Shown here: piece by piece, positions 1 through 11,301 of the stretch | Layout: each line of letters begins with the position of its first letter | Position numbering within the stretch: position 1 is the first letter of the stretch | Source: Acidobacteriota bacterium | GTDB lineage: Bacteria; Acidobacteriota; UBA890; WLXD01 | Length of the DNA: 64,000 nucleotides | Direction: 5' to 3' | NCBI GenBank assembly: GCA_965205505.1 | Contig: CBDBHB010000005.1 | Location: 14,118-78,117, forward strand | Notes under the pieces: generated by a model | Told to the model about the DNA's origin: nothing | Databases searched by the model: none | What the model saw: the letters and a program-made list of their open reading frames with translations, nothing else | Position numbers and translations under genes: made by a program

Positions 1-98
1 TCGTCCACGATGGGGTTACCATCGCCTCCTCCTCTCTCCTTGCCTCCATTCGCAAGACCCTGTCGCCAGACCCACCGCACTTTCACCACGGCCTGCTA
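1..98 (-). mobile_element. Partial MITE copy, cut by the window edge; same family as 45011-45287
   Basis: 1-98 is a near-identical reverse complement of ~45011-45109, including the terminal inverted repeat (CCAGACCCACCGCACTTTCACCACGGCCTGCTA). Confidence 0.85.
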
Positions 99-170
99 GC
101 AGGCCGTGGTGGAATCCTAACCGCACAGCAGAACGAGCGCTCGCCCGGAGCGCGCTGCGAACGCTCATCA

Positions 171-1175
171 ATGTCGCTTGAAGGTCTCGAACGTACGTTC
201 CAGCCCGCCTTCTTCGTACGTGGTGGGCATCGCCAGACCATGTGGGCAAACTATGCGCCGCGAGCCTCCAGCGCCGCAGCCCTGGCACGCGTCGCCGAAC
301 CGACGCAGCTGCCGACACCTGACGGCGACCGCTTGCGGGTGCATTGGAACCGCGTGAAACCCGCGGCGCCAGCCGTTCTCGTAGTGCTGCACGGGCTTAC
401 CGGGTGCGCGGCCTCGCCGCAGGTGGTCGGAATCGCGGCCAAGGGATTGGAGCGCGGCTTCGATGTGGTGCGCGTCGACCTGCGCAACGCCTCTGGAGAC
501 ACCCCAAGCACCGAGATCGGCCATGCAGGTCGCTCCGAAGACGTCCGAGCCGTCCTTGACCACGTCATCGACCGGGCGCCTAGGGCTGCGATCTGCGTCA
601 TCGGCTACTCGCTTGGCGGCAACATCGCCCTCAAGGCTCTTGGCGAGCTGCATCGCAACGCCCCAGAGCAGCTGCGTGGTGTCGCGACAATCTCGGTGCC
701 GATCGATCTCGACGCCGCCTGCCGGCGCATCGATGCCGCAACCAACTTCGTGTACCGCGCGTACTTCGTACGGCGTCTGCTTAGCGTGGTCGCCCAGCGC
801 GCCAAGCGAGTGCCTGAGCGGTATGAGCAAATCAACCTGGACGGAGTCCACACGATCCGAGGCTTCGACGAGGCCGTTGTCGCCCCACTCGGGGGCTTCG
901 GCAACGCCGCCGATTACTATCAGCGGTGCAGCGCCCTGCGGTTCATCGAGGCGATACGTGTCCCAACGCTGCTCATCCAGGCGCGAGACGATCCCTTCAT
1001 CCCGTTCGATGCTTATCGCGACCCACGAATCGGGTCGAACGACGCGGTAACACTGCTAGCGACGGCTCTTGGCGGTCACGCCGGCTTCTACGGCTCGTCA
1101 CGGCGTGATCGGGATGCCTTCTGGGCCGAGAATCGCGCCGTTGACTTCTGCGCCGCAGCGGCCGATCTTGCCTGA
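171..1175 (+). CDS. YheT-family alpha/beta hydrolase
   Basis: GGHRQT, LHGLTG, GYSLGG nucleophile motif, DDPFI, GGHAGF. Confidence 0.85.
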   Translation: MSLEGLERTFQPAFFVRGGHRQTMWANYAPRASSAAALARVAEPTQLPTPDGDRLRVHWNRVKPAAPAVLVVLHGLTGCAASPQVVGIAAKGLERGFDVVRVDLRNASGDTPSTEIGHAGRSEDVRAVLDHVIDRAPRAAICVIGYSLGGNIALKALGELHRNAPEQLRGVATISVPIDLDAACRRIDAATNFVYRAYFVRRLLSVVAQRAKRVPERYEQINLDGVHTIRGFDEAVVAPLGGFGNAADYYQRCSALRFIEAIRVPTLLIQARDDPFIPFDAYRDPRIGSNDAVTLLATALGGHAGFYGSSRRDRDAFWAENRAVDFCAAAADLA

Positions 1176-1189
1176 CAACGATCCCTTGA

Positions 1190-1669
1190 TCACGCCTGCT
1201 GGGACCGTGCTCCACGCTCTGAGCTGGCGCCGCCGGCCGCGGCCAGAGCCACACCGTATCCACGCTCGCCGCCGTCGCCAGCTTCGATCGGCAGGCCGGC
1301 AGCCTCCCAGCCGGGCACCAGCAATCGCCCGGCCGGATCACGCTTGCCGTTGAACCCCGCGTCGACGTTGAGCACGTGCGTAAACCCGACCCGGCTAAGC
1401 AGATTTCCGGCGTGTAGCGATCGCATCCCGGTTGCACAGCCGCACAGGACCGTGACGTCGCGCTCGAGCACGGCATCAACTACACGGACAAACTCCGGAT
1501 TGGGCATCATCATGCCGGTCACCGGGCTTGGCAGCGCATACGGAACGTTCCAGGCGCCCAACGGGTGCCCACGCTCGAACTCTTCGACCGTGCGAACGTC
1601 GAGATATACGGCCTCGCCTTGCCGCTCAAGGGTATCGGCGGCCGCCTTTATGGAGATCTCTTCGATCAT
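1190..1669 (-). CDS. Rhodanese-like domain protein
   Basis: LDVRTVEEFERGHPLGA, active-site CATGMRS. Confidence 0.85.
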   Translation of the reverse strand: MIEEISIKAAADTLERQGEAVYLDVRTVEEFERGHPLGAWNVPYALPSPVTGMMMPNPEFVRVVDAVLERDVTVLCGCATGMRSLHAGNLLSRVGFTHVLNVDAGFNGKRDPAGRLLVPGWEAAGLPIEAGDGGERGYGVALAAAGGASSERGARSQQA

Positions 1670-1771
1670 GGCCCCTCACTGCGAGCAGACACTACTTCCC
1701 GGCAGGACACTAGTATGATGGATCCTCGACGCTTTCGCCGGCCATCCTGAGGTCCGGCAGGAGTTGGCTCG

Positions 1772-2080
1772 ATGAGCGACATCCCAACGCCGGAAGACAA
1801 GACGCACGAGATCAGCTGCCCGTGCTGTGCTACCAAGCTCACCGTTGACGCGGCTTCCGGGGCGATCTTGTTCGAGGAACGGCCCAAGCGCCGTTCGGCG
1901 ACATGGGACGATGCATTGGCTGCCGGGAAACGCCAGCAGGAAGCTGCCGTGCGACAGTTCGAGCAAGGCATCGAGCGTGAGCTGAACGCGGACCAGATAC
2001 TCGAGAAAAAATTCCGCGAGGCTCTCAAACGAACCGACAAGAGCGGCTCCCCGCCTCCTCGTATTTTCGATCTCGATTGA
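1772..2080 (+). CDS. Small hypothetical protein with N-terminal CPCC motif
   Basis: AGGAG upstream, stop overlaps dacB start. Confidence 0.7.
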   Translation: MSDIPTPEDKTHEISCPCCATKLTVDAASGAILFEERPKRRSATWDDALAAGKRQQEAAVRQFEQGIERELNADQILEKKFREALKRTDKSGSPPPRIFDLD

Positions 2081-3417
2081 GTCGCCACCGAGCAGTTACC
2101 GGCGCGCTTTTGGCAAGCCTCGCCGTCACAGGCGCGGCAGCGGCACAAACGGGATCGGGGAACAGCGCCACGCCTGCACCCTTCGTCGACATGCCCGCGA
2201 GCGTCGCACGGTTCCTGGAACATCCATCGTTGGCAGGCGCCCGCGTCGGTATTCAAGCGGCCGTTCTATCCACTGGCGAGCTTCTCCTGTCACATCGTGC
2301 CGACGAGCTCTTCGCTCCCGCCTCGGTGACCAAGCTGTTCACCACTGCCGCGGCACTGTCGCGACTTGGAGCACACTTCGTGTGGCGGACGCCGTTGGCG
2401 TATGCCGGCACCCGCCGCGGTGACAGCATCGACGGCGATCTATGGGTGCTCGGCCGAGGCGCTCCCGATCTGGTCGAAGAGCGACTCTGGATCGCGGCGA
2501 ATCGGCTTGCCGAGAATGGCCTCGTGGGCATCACCGGCGACATCGTTGTCGACGATCGCTACTTCGACGCGGAACGCTACGGCAATGGCTGGCCCGGCGG
2601 ACGCCAAGTACGCGAAGCTTACCATGCCGCAATCAGCGCGTCGATGGCCAACTTCAGCGCCCGCCGTATCGACAACAACTGGGCTGCGGTCGACGATCCA
2701 GCGCTCTACCTCGGAGAACGCCTGGAGGACCTGCTGGGCAAAGCCGGCGTTGCGCTCGGTGGCACGGCTCGCCGACCCAACCCCGAGGAGCTGGTGCGGA
2801 TTCCCGGACCGGTGTTCGACGGCACCGACCTGGGCCGACCGTCGGTACCGCCGTCATTGACGTGGCTTTACGACATCGAGTCCGAACCGCTCGGACGGCT
2901 CGTCATGGACGTGAACAAGTTCAGCAACAACATCATGGCCGAGTCGGTGCTGAAGACACTCGGTGCGGTGGAATATGCGGCGCCCGGCACGGCGACCAAG
3001 GGACTCGCGGTGGTGGCGCGATTCCTGCAGGACGAGCTCGATCTGCCTGTCAACTCCTACGTTCAAGCGGATGGGTCGGGACTCTCGAACCTGAATCGTT
3101 TCGCACCGTCGCAAGTGGTCGAGCTGCTGACTCGCGCTCAGCGCGACTTTCACATCGGTCCGGAGCTCCTCGCCTCACTGAAGCTGTCAGGACTCGATGG
3201 CTGGAACCCGGCGCCCTTCCGCCACGAACCTCTACGAGGTGAGCTGCGGGTCAAGTCCGGGCACATTCGCGGCGTCAATACGCTCAGCGGTTTGGTTCAC
3301 ACGGATAGCGGCAAGACGCTCGTCTTCTGCGCCATGGTCAACGACCATCATGCCCAGCAATGGGAAATCGACCAGCGTATGGCAGAGATCGCCGCCGTTC
3401 TGATGCGCATGTACTAG
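2077..3417 (+). CDS. dacB: D-Ala-D-Ala carboxypeptidase/endopeptidase (PBP4, peptidase S13)
   Basis: PASVTK (SxxK), SNN, DGSGLS, KSG; signal peptide. Confidence 0.9.
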   Translation: MSRHRAVTGALLASLAVTGAAAAQTGSGNSATPAPFVDMPASVARFLEHPSLAGARVGIQAAVLSTGELLLSHRADELFAPASVTKLFTTAAALSRLGAHFVWRTPLAYAGTRRGDSIDGDLWVLGRGAPDLVEERLWIAANRLAENGLVGITGDIVVDDRYFDAERYGNGWPGGRQVREAYHAAISASMANFSARRIDNNWAAVDDPALYLGERLEDLLGKAGVALGGTARRPNPEELVRIPGPVFDGTDLGRPSVPPSLTWLYDIESEPLGRLVMDVNKFSNNIMAESVLKTLGAVEYAAPGTATKGLAVVARFLQDELDLPVNSYVQADGSGLSNLNRFAPSQVVELLTRAQRDFHIGPELLASLKLSGLDGWNPAPFRHEPLRGELRVKSGHIRGVNTLSGLVHTDSGKTLVFCAMVNDHHAQQWEIDQRMAEIAAVLMRMY

Positions 3418-3460
3418 CAAGCCGTGGTGGAACCCGCCACGCCAAAGCGCCCCGAGGACG

Positions 3461-4072
3461 ATGCACGTCGAGGTTCCAGAGCACACCGTCGCCGAGACAG
3501 TTTCTGTTAACCCGGCCCGCACCGCGTTAGTCATCGTCGACATGCAAAACGACTTCGTGCTCCCGGATGGCAAGCTGCCCGTTCCAGGCGCCGAGGAGAC
3601 CATCCCCGCGGTACGAGAATTGTTGGATTTCGCCCACGAGCGCGGCCTCCATGTCATTTATACGCAGGACTCACACGAAGCCGAGGACCCCGAGTTCGAG
3701 ATATGGGGCGAGCACGCTCTGGTGGGCTCGCGCGGCTGGGAGATCATCGATGAGCTCGAGCCCCAACCGGCCGCCGGTGACAAGGTGTTCCGCAAGGACC
3801 GCTATGACGGCTTTTTTCGAACAAAATTGGAGACCACACTCGAGCAGTTGGGCATCGACACGCTGATCATCTGCGGCACAGTGGCCAACATCTGCGTGTT
3901 GTCCACCGCCGCCAGCGCCGCCATCCGTTGGTACCGCGTGATCCTGCCGGTCGACGCAGTATCGGCAATCACCGAATTCGATATGCAGCTCACGATCAGA
4001 CAGGTCGCATTCCTGTTCCAGGGGACGATCACCACAGCCGACGCGCTGCAGACGGAGCTCGCTGTCAGATGA
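3461..4072 (+). CDS. Isochorismatase-family cysteine hydrolase
   Basis: VIVDMQNDF, KDRYDGF, GTVANICV. Confidence 0.9.
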   Translation: MHVEVPEHTVAETVSVNPARTALVIVDMQNDFVLPDGKLPVPGAEETIPAVRELLDFAHERGLHVIYTQDSHEAEDPEFEIWGEHALVGSRGWEIIDELEPQPAAGDKVFRKDRYDGFFRTKLETTLEQLGIDTLIICGTVANICVLSTAASAAIRWYRVILPVDAVSAITEFDMQLTIRQVAFLFQGTITTADALQTELAVR

Positions 4073-4868
4073 GCCGATCGGCACGCGTGTAGGCAACCAT
4101 ACTCACCCCGCGGACGAAGCCGACTAACGTCATCGATTTATCCTTAGCCAGCTCGATCGCCAGGCTCGAGGCAGCGGAAACGCCGGCAACAACCGGTACC
4201 CGAGCAACAATGGCCTTTTGAACGATCTCGAACGACTGCCGACCCGACACAATAAGCATGTGGCCGGTCAGCGGAAGCAGATCGTGTGTGTAGGCGTAGC
4301 CGATCACCTTGTCGACGGCGTTGTGGCGTCCGACATCCTCGCGCACCACAATCAGCTCGCCGTCCCGTGAGAACAACCCTGCAGCATGCAACCCACCCGT
4401 TGCCGAGAACACCTCCTGCCGATCGCGGAGCGCCGGCACTGCCGCCGTAATGCGTTCGCGTCGGAAGGTCGTCGAATCGTCCAGGGCCGGCGCGATGACG
4501 TGGATCGCATCGATGCTCGCCTTGCCGCACACCCCGCACGACGACGAGGCGTAGAAGTTGCGGTTCCAGTCGCCGGCCGGCTCCACCCCCGTCACCAGAC
4601 GCACTTCAACGATATTCTCGGGGTTCAACACGTCAGGGTCGGCGCAGGCGCTGATAGAGCCTATGTCCCCCACGTTTACGATTCCCTCGCTGTAGAGGAA
4701 TCCCGCGGCGAGCTCGCGATCGTGACCCGGCGTCCGCATAACCACCGCCACCGGCTCACGGCCAAGCCTGATCTCGCAGGGCTCCTCCACGGCCACGTGA
4801 TCGTCAACCTGCTCGACGACATCCCCGTCGCTACGCTGCACCGGTACGATGACACTGGACTCTTCCAC
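4065..4868 (-). CDS. fdhD: Formate dehydrogenase accessory sulfurtransferase
   Basis: MRTPGHD, SSCGVCG, TGGLHAA, REDVGRHNAVDKVIG. Confidence 0.93.
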   Translation of the reverse strand: MEESSVIVPVQRSDGDVVEQVDDHVAVEEPCEIRLGREPVAVVMRTPGHDRELAAGFLYSEGIVNVGDIGSISACADPDVLNPENIVEVRLVTGVEPAGDWNRNFYASSSCGVCGKASIDAIHVIAPALDDSTTFRRERITAAVPALRDRQEVFSATGGLHAAGLFSRDGELIVVREDVGRHNAVDKVIGYAYTHDLLPLTGHMLIVSGRQSFEIVQKAIVARVPVVAGVSAASSLAIELAKDKSMTLVGFVRGVSMVAYTRADRLI

Positions 4869-4874
4869 GACGCC

Positions 4875-5780
4875 TCAGAGACCCGAGACGGGTGGCGCGC
4901 GGACTGCCTCGTCGGCGGCCGCGCCGCTGTCCTGTTCGAGCACAGCAAGCAAGTCTTCCGGGCCCCATTCGTTGCCGACAAATACCCTCACCACCGCCCC
5001 TTCCGGATCGACCAGCACGGTGCGTAACGAGTGCAGCAGCTGACCGGCGTCAGGCATGAAGCGTAGTCCGGTGAACTCTCCGAGCTCCTTGAGCGCGGCT
5101 GGCGTCGAGCTAGCGAACTGCCAACGCTCGAACCCCGCCGGGGCGGCCGCCTCCAAGTAGCGCTCACCGTACAGCCGCAACACCTCAGCGGTATCGAACT
5201 GTGGATCGATGCTCAGCGACAGTAGCTGGAGATCGAGGAAGCGCTCCGAATCGGCCTCCACGGTGGCGAACAGCGACCGGAAGTTCTCCGACATCTGCGG
5301 ACAGAAATCCGGCAATGGGCAGCGCGTGTAGATGAACGTGAATGCGAAGTAGCGGCCTCGATATGTGTCGAGGCCGAACCGTTCGTCGTCCTGGTTGATC
5401 ACCTCGATCACCGGAACCAGCTCGCCGCGCTTCGCGGTTCGAATCACGGCTTCCGACGCAGCGCCACGGGGCGCCGGAGTGGTAATGACGATGTTCTCGA
5501 GCCAGCTGTCGGCACCCCGGACGACCAGCGTTGCACGAACCGCTGCTCCCGGCTCGGCCGAGTCGAAGACCCACGCTTCGGGAACGTTGAACGGCATGGT
5601 CATCGCCGTCATGTAGTCCGCAACCGTCTCGTGCTCGATCGTGAGGGTCTGGCCCCTCGCGTCCTCGCTGACCACGATTCCGACGAGATCGAAGCGTCGC
5701 CCTACCTCCATCTCCGAGTCGGCCCCACAAGCGCATAGCAACAAGGCGGCAAGGCCGCAAAGACACGGTCGTCGGATCAT
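4875..5780 (-). CDS. SCO1/SenC lipoprotein with N-terminal CusF-like copper-binding domain
   Basis: Lipobox-like LLCACG, HE..YMTAMTMPF, FIYTRCPLPDFCP, HSLRT; start reassigned to ATG at 5780. Confidence 0.85.
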   Translation of the reverse strand: MIRRPCLCGLAALLLCACGADSEMEVGRRFDLVGIVVSEDARGQTLTIEHETVADYMTAMTMPFNVPEAWVFDSAEPGAAVRATLVVRGADSWLENIVITTPAPRGAASEAVIRTAKRGELVPVIEVINQDDERFGLDTYRGRYFAFTFIYTRCPLPDFCPQMSENFRSLFATVEADSERFLDLQLLSLSIDPQFDTAEVLRLYGERYLEAAAPAGFERWQFASSTPAALKELGEFTGLRFMPDAGQLLHSLRTVLVDPEGAVVRVFVGNEWGPEDLLAVLEQDSGAAADEAVRAPPVSGL

Positions 5781-5799
5781 ACGTGAGGCTCCCGGAGCT

Positions 5800-7989
5800 T
5801 CATAGAGATTCGAGCTTGTGGGGCCAAGCCTCAGAATAGAATGGCTCGTCGCCATCGAGTACGCCAGTCGGTTCGAACCGCGCTCCGTGTCGGTTCGCCA
5901 GGTCCCGCATGCGCGACTGCGTCGCGGCGCGACCACGAGCATCGGCGTGGCGGAAGATCCCACCACGAAACGGCGCAAAGCCCGCACCGAACACCAACGC
6001 GAGATCGGCGGCCTGCGGCGAGGCCACAATCCCCTCTTCGAGCGCCCGCGCCGATTCAGCCAACATGGTAAGCATGCACCGATCGACAATCGTCTCGGCT
6101 GTTTCGGTGTTGTCGTCCTGCCGAACGAGGCGCTCGATCTCGGGGTCCGGCTGCGGGTGTCCACCGGGGCCATATCGATAGAAACCAGCCCCACCTTTCC
6201 GCCCGCGTCGTCCCGTCTCGTAGACACGTATCGCTGCATCCGACCGACGCCCCCTATCGCCGAGTACCGGCGCGAGCTGCGCGGCAACCTTGGCGGCCAC
6301 ATCGAGACCGATCTCGTCGAGCAGGCGCAGCGGCCCCATCGGCATCCCGAACTCCTCCAGGGCTTCGTCGATCTGGCCGATCGTCGCCCCTTCTTCGAGC
6401 AACAGCAGAGCTTCGTTCAGAAACGGCGTCAACACGCGGTTCACGAAGAACCCCGGTGAGTCCGCCACCACCAACGGCACCTTGCCCATCGCGACTGCGA
6501 ACGCCACTGCCGTAGCGATCGCCGCGTCTGACGAGTCCGGCCCGCGGACCACCTCCACCAGCGGCATCCGGTGCACCGGGTTGAAGAAATGCAGCCCGAC
6601 GAGACGTGACGGGTCGGTGAGCGCCGTAGCCATGGCCGCCACGGTGAGCGACGAGGTGTTGGTTGCCAGGACGGTGTGCGACGACGATGCCTGCTCGGCC
6701 GCGGCCAGCACCTCATGCTTGACGTCGAGGTTCTCGACCACTGCTTCGATGATCAGGTCTGCGTGTCGGAACCCGTCATTGTGCAGCGTCGGTGAGATCA
6801 AGCCCATTCCACGGCGTACTTGCCGGCGGCTCATCTTGCGTCGGCGGCGCCGGTCCTCGAAGCGCTCGAACGCCACCCCCATCGCCAGCTTCAGGGAGTC
6901 CATCGAAATGTCCTTCATACGCACCGAAACCCCGCGGTACGCCGCCAGCTGGGCGATTCCGCCGCCCATCACGCCGGCGCCAAGCACTCCCAAGCGTTGT
7001 ACTGATCTGGAAACCCCGGCCCCCGCATCGGATCGGTCGCGCCGCGCCGCCTGCCGGAGAAAGAAGATCCCCACCAGGTTACGGGTCGCCTCGTGCACTA
7101 CCAGCTCTCCGATCGCCTCCGCCTCCAGCTTGAGGCCCTGCTCGAGGGAGCCACGGAGACCGCGCCGTACTGCCGCCACGGCCGCGGTCGGCGCCGGGTA
7201 ATGGCCTTTGGCCCGCCGGGCAACGCTGGCTGCCGCCTGCCGGAACACCAGCGCCCGTCCGACCGGATTGCCCTCGACGACCCAGCGCCGCACGCGACGA
7301 ACCAGCGGCTTGTCTTCCGGCGCTACTCGCCGCGGGCGCGTGTGCGGATGCTCTAAAGCCCATTGAATGGCCGTGGCGCGCAGCAGCGGCATCGGAACGA
7401 CCTCGTCGATCAAACCGATGCGGCGGGCGCGCTTGGCGTTGGCGGAGCGCCCAGTGAGGATCATCGGCAGCGCTCGCTCCAGCGACAACAATCGCGGCAG
7501 CCGCTGCGTTCCGCCGAAGCCCGGAATGACGCCGAGGTTGACCTCTGGAAATCCGATCTCGACGGTCGGATCGTCGGCGGCGATTCGATAGTGGCACGCC
7601 AACGCGAGTTCAGCGCCTCCACCCAGGCAGGTGCCGTTGATCGCCGCCACGGTGGTGAGCGGTAGCTCGGCGAGCGCCTGGAAAGCGAGCTGCCCCTGAC
7701 GGGCACCCGCTGCGCCAGCGGCGGCACTGCGTACCCCGCCGATCACACCCACATCGAGACCGGCGATAAACGAGCCCCGCTTGCCGGAGGCGACTATCAG
7801 ACATCGCAGTCGCCCCTGCTCGGCGAGGTCGCGCACCTCGGCCACCAGCAACACGAATCGCTCGATGAGCTCGGGCGTGAACCGGTTATGCTGGCTGTCG
7901 GGTTGATCGAACTCGAGTACGGCGATCCCGGCGGCATCAACGTCGAGGCTGAGTCCGGCCCCGGCCACAGCGTCGTGCTTGCCGCTCAC
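5800..7989 (-). CDS. fadJ: Fatty acid oxidation complex alpha subunit (enoyl-CoA hydratase/3-hydroxyacyl-CoA dehydrogenase)
   Basis: CLGGGAELALAC, PGFGGTQRLPRL, GAGVMGGGIA, TNTSSL, HFFNPV. Confidence 0.88.
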   Translation of the reverse strand: MSGKHDAVAGAGLSLDVDAAGIAVLEFDQPDSQHNRFTPELIERFVLLVAEVRDLAEQGRLRCLIVASGKRGSFIAGLDVGVIGGVRSAAAGAAGARQGQLAFQALAELPLTTVAAINGTCLGGGAELALACHYRIAADDPTVEIGFPEVNLGVIPGFGGTQRLPRLLSLERALPMILTGRSANAKRARRIGLIDEVVPMPLLRATAIQWALEHPHTRPRRVAPEDKPLVRRVRRWVVEGNPVGRALVFRQAAASVARRAKGHYPAPTAAVAAVRRGLRGSLEQGLKLEAEAIGELVVHEATRNLVGIFFLRQAARRDRSDAGAGVSRSVQRLGVLGAGVMGGGIAQLAAYRGVSVRMKDISMDSLKLAMGVAFERFEDRRRRRKMSRRQVRRGMGLISPTLHNDGFRHADLIIEAVVENLDVKHEVLAAAEQASSSHTVLATNTSSLTVAAMATALTDPSRLVGLHFFNPVHRMPLVEVVRGPDSSDAAIATAVAFAVAMGKVPLVVADSPGFFVNRVLTPFLNEALLLLEEGATIGQIDEALEEFGMPMGPLRLLDEIGLDVAAKVAAQLAPVLGDRGRRSDAAIRVYETGRRGRKGGAGFYRYGPGGHPQPDPEIERLVRQDDNTETAETIVDRCMLTMLAESARALEEGIVASPQAADLALVFGAGFAPFRGGIFRHADARGRAATQSRMRDLANRHGARFEPTGVLDGDEPFYSEAWPHKLESL

Positions 7990-8117
7990 CGCCAGTTTCC
8001 TCGGCTTCTATCTCGTTGCATCGCGCGGAGCCGGACACCGGCATCACCTCGTCGTCGCTTCTTGCCCGCGCCCGCAAGTCCCACTTGCCAGACACTCCAC
8101 ATCTTCGCCACGGCCTG

Positions 8118-9404
8118 TTAACGCTCCAGGACGACGGCGCCACCCTGGCCGCCGCCGATACACATCGTGGCCAGCCCTCGGCCAACTCGGCGGCGCGCCA
8201 TTTCAAGCAGCAGCGTAATCACCAATCGGGCACCTGTGGTTCCAACCGGGTGGCCAAGAGCAATCGCACCGCCGTTGACGTTCAACCGCTCCATGGGAAT
8301 GTCTCCAATAGCCTTGTCGCGCCCCAACTCCTGGCGTGCGAACACACACGACCGGAAGCACAACAGGCAGGCAAGGACCTGCGCTGCAAAGGCCTCGTTG
8401 AGCTCGACGAGGTCGATCTGATCGAGGTTGACACCCGCGTCGTCGAGCGCCCGAGGCGTGGCGAAACACGGCCCGAGACCCATGCGACGTGGCGAAAGGC
8501 CGCCCCAGCCGTATCCCGCAATCCTGCCCAGGGGCTCGTAGCCGAGGTCCGCGGCCAACCTGGCCTCCATGACCAGCGTCACCGCCGCCCCATCGGTAAC
8601 CATGCAGGAGTTGCCCGGGGTTACCGTTCCGTGGCGTCGATCGAACGCCGGCCGTAGCTTCGCCAACGCTTCCATGCTCTGATTCGCACGCGGCCCGACG
8701 TCGGTGTCGATCGTAGTGTCGTAGCGCGGCGGTTCGTAGACTGGGATGCGCTCTTGCTCGAAGCGCCCTTCGGCCTCGGCAGCCACCGCCAGCTGGTGGC
8801 TGCGCAGGGCAAACTCGTCCTGCTGCTCACGAGTGATACCGAACTCCTTGGCCAACACCTCCGCGGTCTCGCCCATGTTGAGGCCGCACACCGGGTCGGT
8901 CAGGCCAGTAGCCAATGCGATCTCGGGCCGGAAATGGCGCAACCGGAAGCCCGACAGCGCCGCCAGACGCGCCATCGTCGAGCGCGCCCGATAGACGTCC
9001 TCGAAAATGCGCGTGGCCGCACGCGAATACAGCAGCGGATAGCCGCTCATCGACTCCACACCACCAGCCACGATCACCTGTGCACGACCGCTCCGAATGC
9101 GCTCGGCGGCGGTCGTAATCGCCTCCAGGCCAGAACCGCAATTGCGCTGCACGGTCACCGCTGGAATCTGCCTCGGAAGGTTGGCCCTCAGAGCGACCAC
9201 GCGCGCGATGTTGGCAGCGTCGATCGGGTTGCCGGCGCAACCGAGGATCACCTCGTCGATACGGTCTGGCGCAATGTCGGCGCGCGCGACCAGCTCACCG
9301 ACCGCCTGGCGGCCCAGCTCGACCGCGGGTATGCGGCGCAGCGCCGTGCCGGCCTTGGCAAACACCGTCCGCAGCCCGTGGGTGACGACCACCTCAGTGG
9401 ACAT
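8118..9404 (-). CDS. 3-ketoacyl-CoA thiolase (FadI/FadA type)
   Basis: [28 protein letters not shown]. Confidence 0.92.
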   Translation of the reverse strand: MSTEVVVTHGLRTVFAKAGTALRRIPAVELGRQAVGELVARADIAPDRIDEVILGCAGNPIDAANIARVVALRANLPRQIPAVTVQRNCGSGLEAITTAAERIRSGRAQVIVAGGVESMSGYPLLYSRAATRIFEDVYRARSTMARLAALSGFRLRHFRPEIALATGLTDPVCGLNMGETAEVLAKEFGITREQQDEFALRSHQLAVAAEAEGRFEQERIPVYEPPRYDTTIDTDVGPRANQSMEALAKLRPAFDRRHGTVTPGNSCMVTDGAAVTLVMEARLAADLGYEPLGRIAGYGWGGLSPRRMGLGPCFATPRALDDAGVNLDQIDLVELNEAFAAQVLACLLCFRSCVFARQELGRDKAIGDIPMERLNVNGGAIALGHPVGTTGARLVITLLLEMARRRVGRGLATMCIGGGQGGAVVLER

Positions 9405-11148
9405 ACATCTCCTCGATCAGGGCGGCGAAATCCTCCTCTACCTTGTGGCGCACAAGCTTCATGGTCGGGGTCAGGTGGCCATCCGCCAACGTGAACGGAC
9501 GATCGACCAGGCGGAAAGCGCGGGCGCGCTCGTATCGCGCCAGGTTGACCTGCAACCGCTCGAGCTCGCCTGCAAACAGTTCGCGCACCTCGTCGATCCC
9601 GCAAAGAGCCGCCCGATCGCCGCCGAGGCCGCGCTCAGCGGCCCAGCGCTCGAGGCGCGAGAACGCTGGCACAATCAACGCCGCGACGAACCGGCGGTTG
9701 TTACCGACGGCGATCACCTGCTCGACCCATGGGCTCGCCGAGATCGCTGTCTCGACGATTTGGGGTGCCACATTCTTGCCGGTCGAGGTCACCAGAATGG
9801 CCTTTTTTCGATCGGTGATCCGCAAGTAACCGCCAGGCTCGATCGTGCCCACGTCGCCAGTAAACAACCAGCCGTCGCGGAGCGCCTCGGCGGTCGCCTC
9901 CGGGTCGTCGAGATACCCCTTCATCACGCTGGGGGCTCGCACCACGATCTCGTTGTCTGCGGCGAGCCGTACCTCTACGTTGTCTAGCGGCCTCCCCACC
10001 GTTCCAATGCGATTGTCGCCCGGGGAGTTGGTCGAGATGACCGGTGCACTCTCGGTGAGGCCATAGCCCTGAATCAACTCCCAGCCCATCGCCGCGTACC
10101 ACCAGTTGAGCTCCGGATCGAGAGCAGCGCCGCCGGCAGACAGCACCCGCATCCGCCCACCGGTCGCTTCACGGATCTTGCTGAGGACGAGCTTGTCCAC
10201 GACAGGATGGAGGAGTTGGTTCAGCAATCCTTCCGGCTCACCTGCGTACGACGATCGCGCCCTCCGCATTCCCACCTGCAGCGCCAACTCATAGATGCGC
10301 GACCCATGGACGCGATCCTCAATCGCTTGCCGCAGCTTCTCGTACAGTCGCGGCACTCCGGCCATCATCGTGGGACGTACGAGCCCCATGTCGGTGCTCA
10401 GCTCAGACGGGTCGCTGTAGGCAATACGCGCCCCGGCCGCGAGATAGCAGTAGTCGATCATACGCTCGTAGACGTGGCACAGGGGCAGCAGACAAAGCGC
10501 CACGTCGGTCGCCTCTACCGGCGAGCATTCGATCACCCCCTCGACGTTGGCGACGAGATTGCCGTGCGTCAACATCACACCCTTGGGTGGACCGCTTGTA
10601 CCGGACGTGAAGATGATGGTCGCCACCGAGTCGGCACTTTCCGGTCCGTCGAAGTCGCCACCGCTTTCGTCGGGCAGGAAGTCGCCCCACTCCACCATCG
10701 GAACATCGATCTGTTGGTCGCCTGGGTCATCGAGCGCCACCAGCGTCGTGAGCTCTGGCAGACCACCCGCCGCCGCCGCGACCTTCGCTGCCTGCTCGGG
10801 CAAGTCCACCACCACGACGCGGCACTTGCTGCGGCGGAAACAGTCCGCCACCTGAGCTGCGGCAAGGGTGGGAAACAGCGGCACCAGCACCGCGCCCAGC
10901 CGATGGCAGGCGAAATCGACCACGTGCCATTCTGGCCGATTGCCGCTGATCAGACCGACCCGACTCCCGCGACCGATGCCCAGATCGCGCAACGCACTGG
11001 CGCACCGATCCACTTGCCCTAGCAGATCTGCCGCACTCCAGGGGTCGAAAGAGGCGGCGCCGGCCCGGCGCACGTACAGAAGCTCGCTGCGCCCGTCGGC
11101 CGCAACCCGATCGAGGATGTCACAGAGCGTCTTCATCGTCGGGCGCAC
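9394..11148 (-). CDS. Long-chain fatty acid-CoA ligase
   Basis: FTSGTSGPPKG, QGYGLTE, TGDVG, DRKK; overlaps thiolase start. Confidence 0.92.
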   Translation of the reverse strand: MRPTMKTLCDILDRVAADGRSELLYVRRAGAASFDPWSAADLLGQVDRCASALRDLGIGRGSRVGLISGNRPEWHVVDFACHRLGAVLVPLFPTLAAAQVADCFRRSKCRVVVVDLPEQAAKVAAAAGGLPELTTLVALDDPGDQQIDVPMVEWGDFLPDESGGDFDGPESADSVATIIFTSGTSGPPKGVMLTHGNLVANVEGVIECSPVEATDVALCLLPLCHVYERMIDYCYLAAGARIAYSDPSELSTDMGLVRPTMMAGVPRLYEKLRQAIEDRVHGSRIYELALQVGMRRARSSYAGEPEGLLNQLLHPVVDKLVLSKIREATGGRMRVLSAGGAALDPELNWWYAAMGWELIQGYGLTESAPVISTNSPGDNRIGTVGRPLDNVEVRLAADNEIVVRAPSVMKGYLDDPEATAEALRDGWLFTGDVGTIEPGGYLRITDRKKAILVTSTGKNVAPQIVETAISASPWVEQVIAVGNNRRFVAALIVPAFSRLERWAAERGLGGDRAALCGIDEVRELFAGELERLQVNLARYERARAFRLVDRPFTLADGHLTPTMKLVRHKVEEDFAALIEEMYVH

Positions 11149-11301
11149 GCAGCGCCGCTCCTGTTTTTCCCGTGCAAGACAGGAACCTTACCCCATCCTG
11201 ATGCGAGTGGGTCGCGGGTGCGGAGCACGTATGCGATCGTGGAGTCATAGTCTCGATCCGACCGCCGCTCGCCGACCAGCAGCTCGCTCCAAGGCTCGCA
11301 G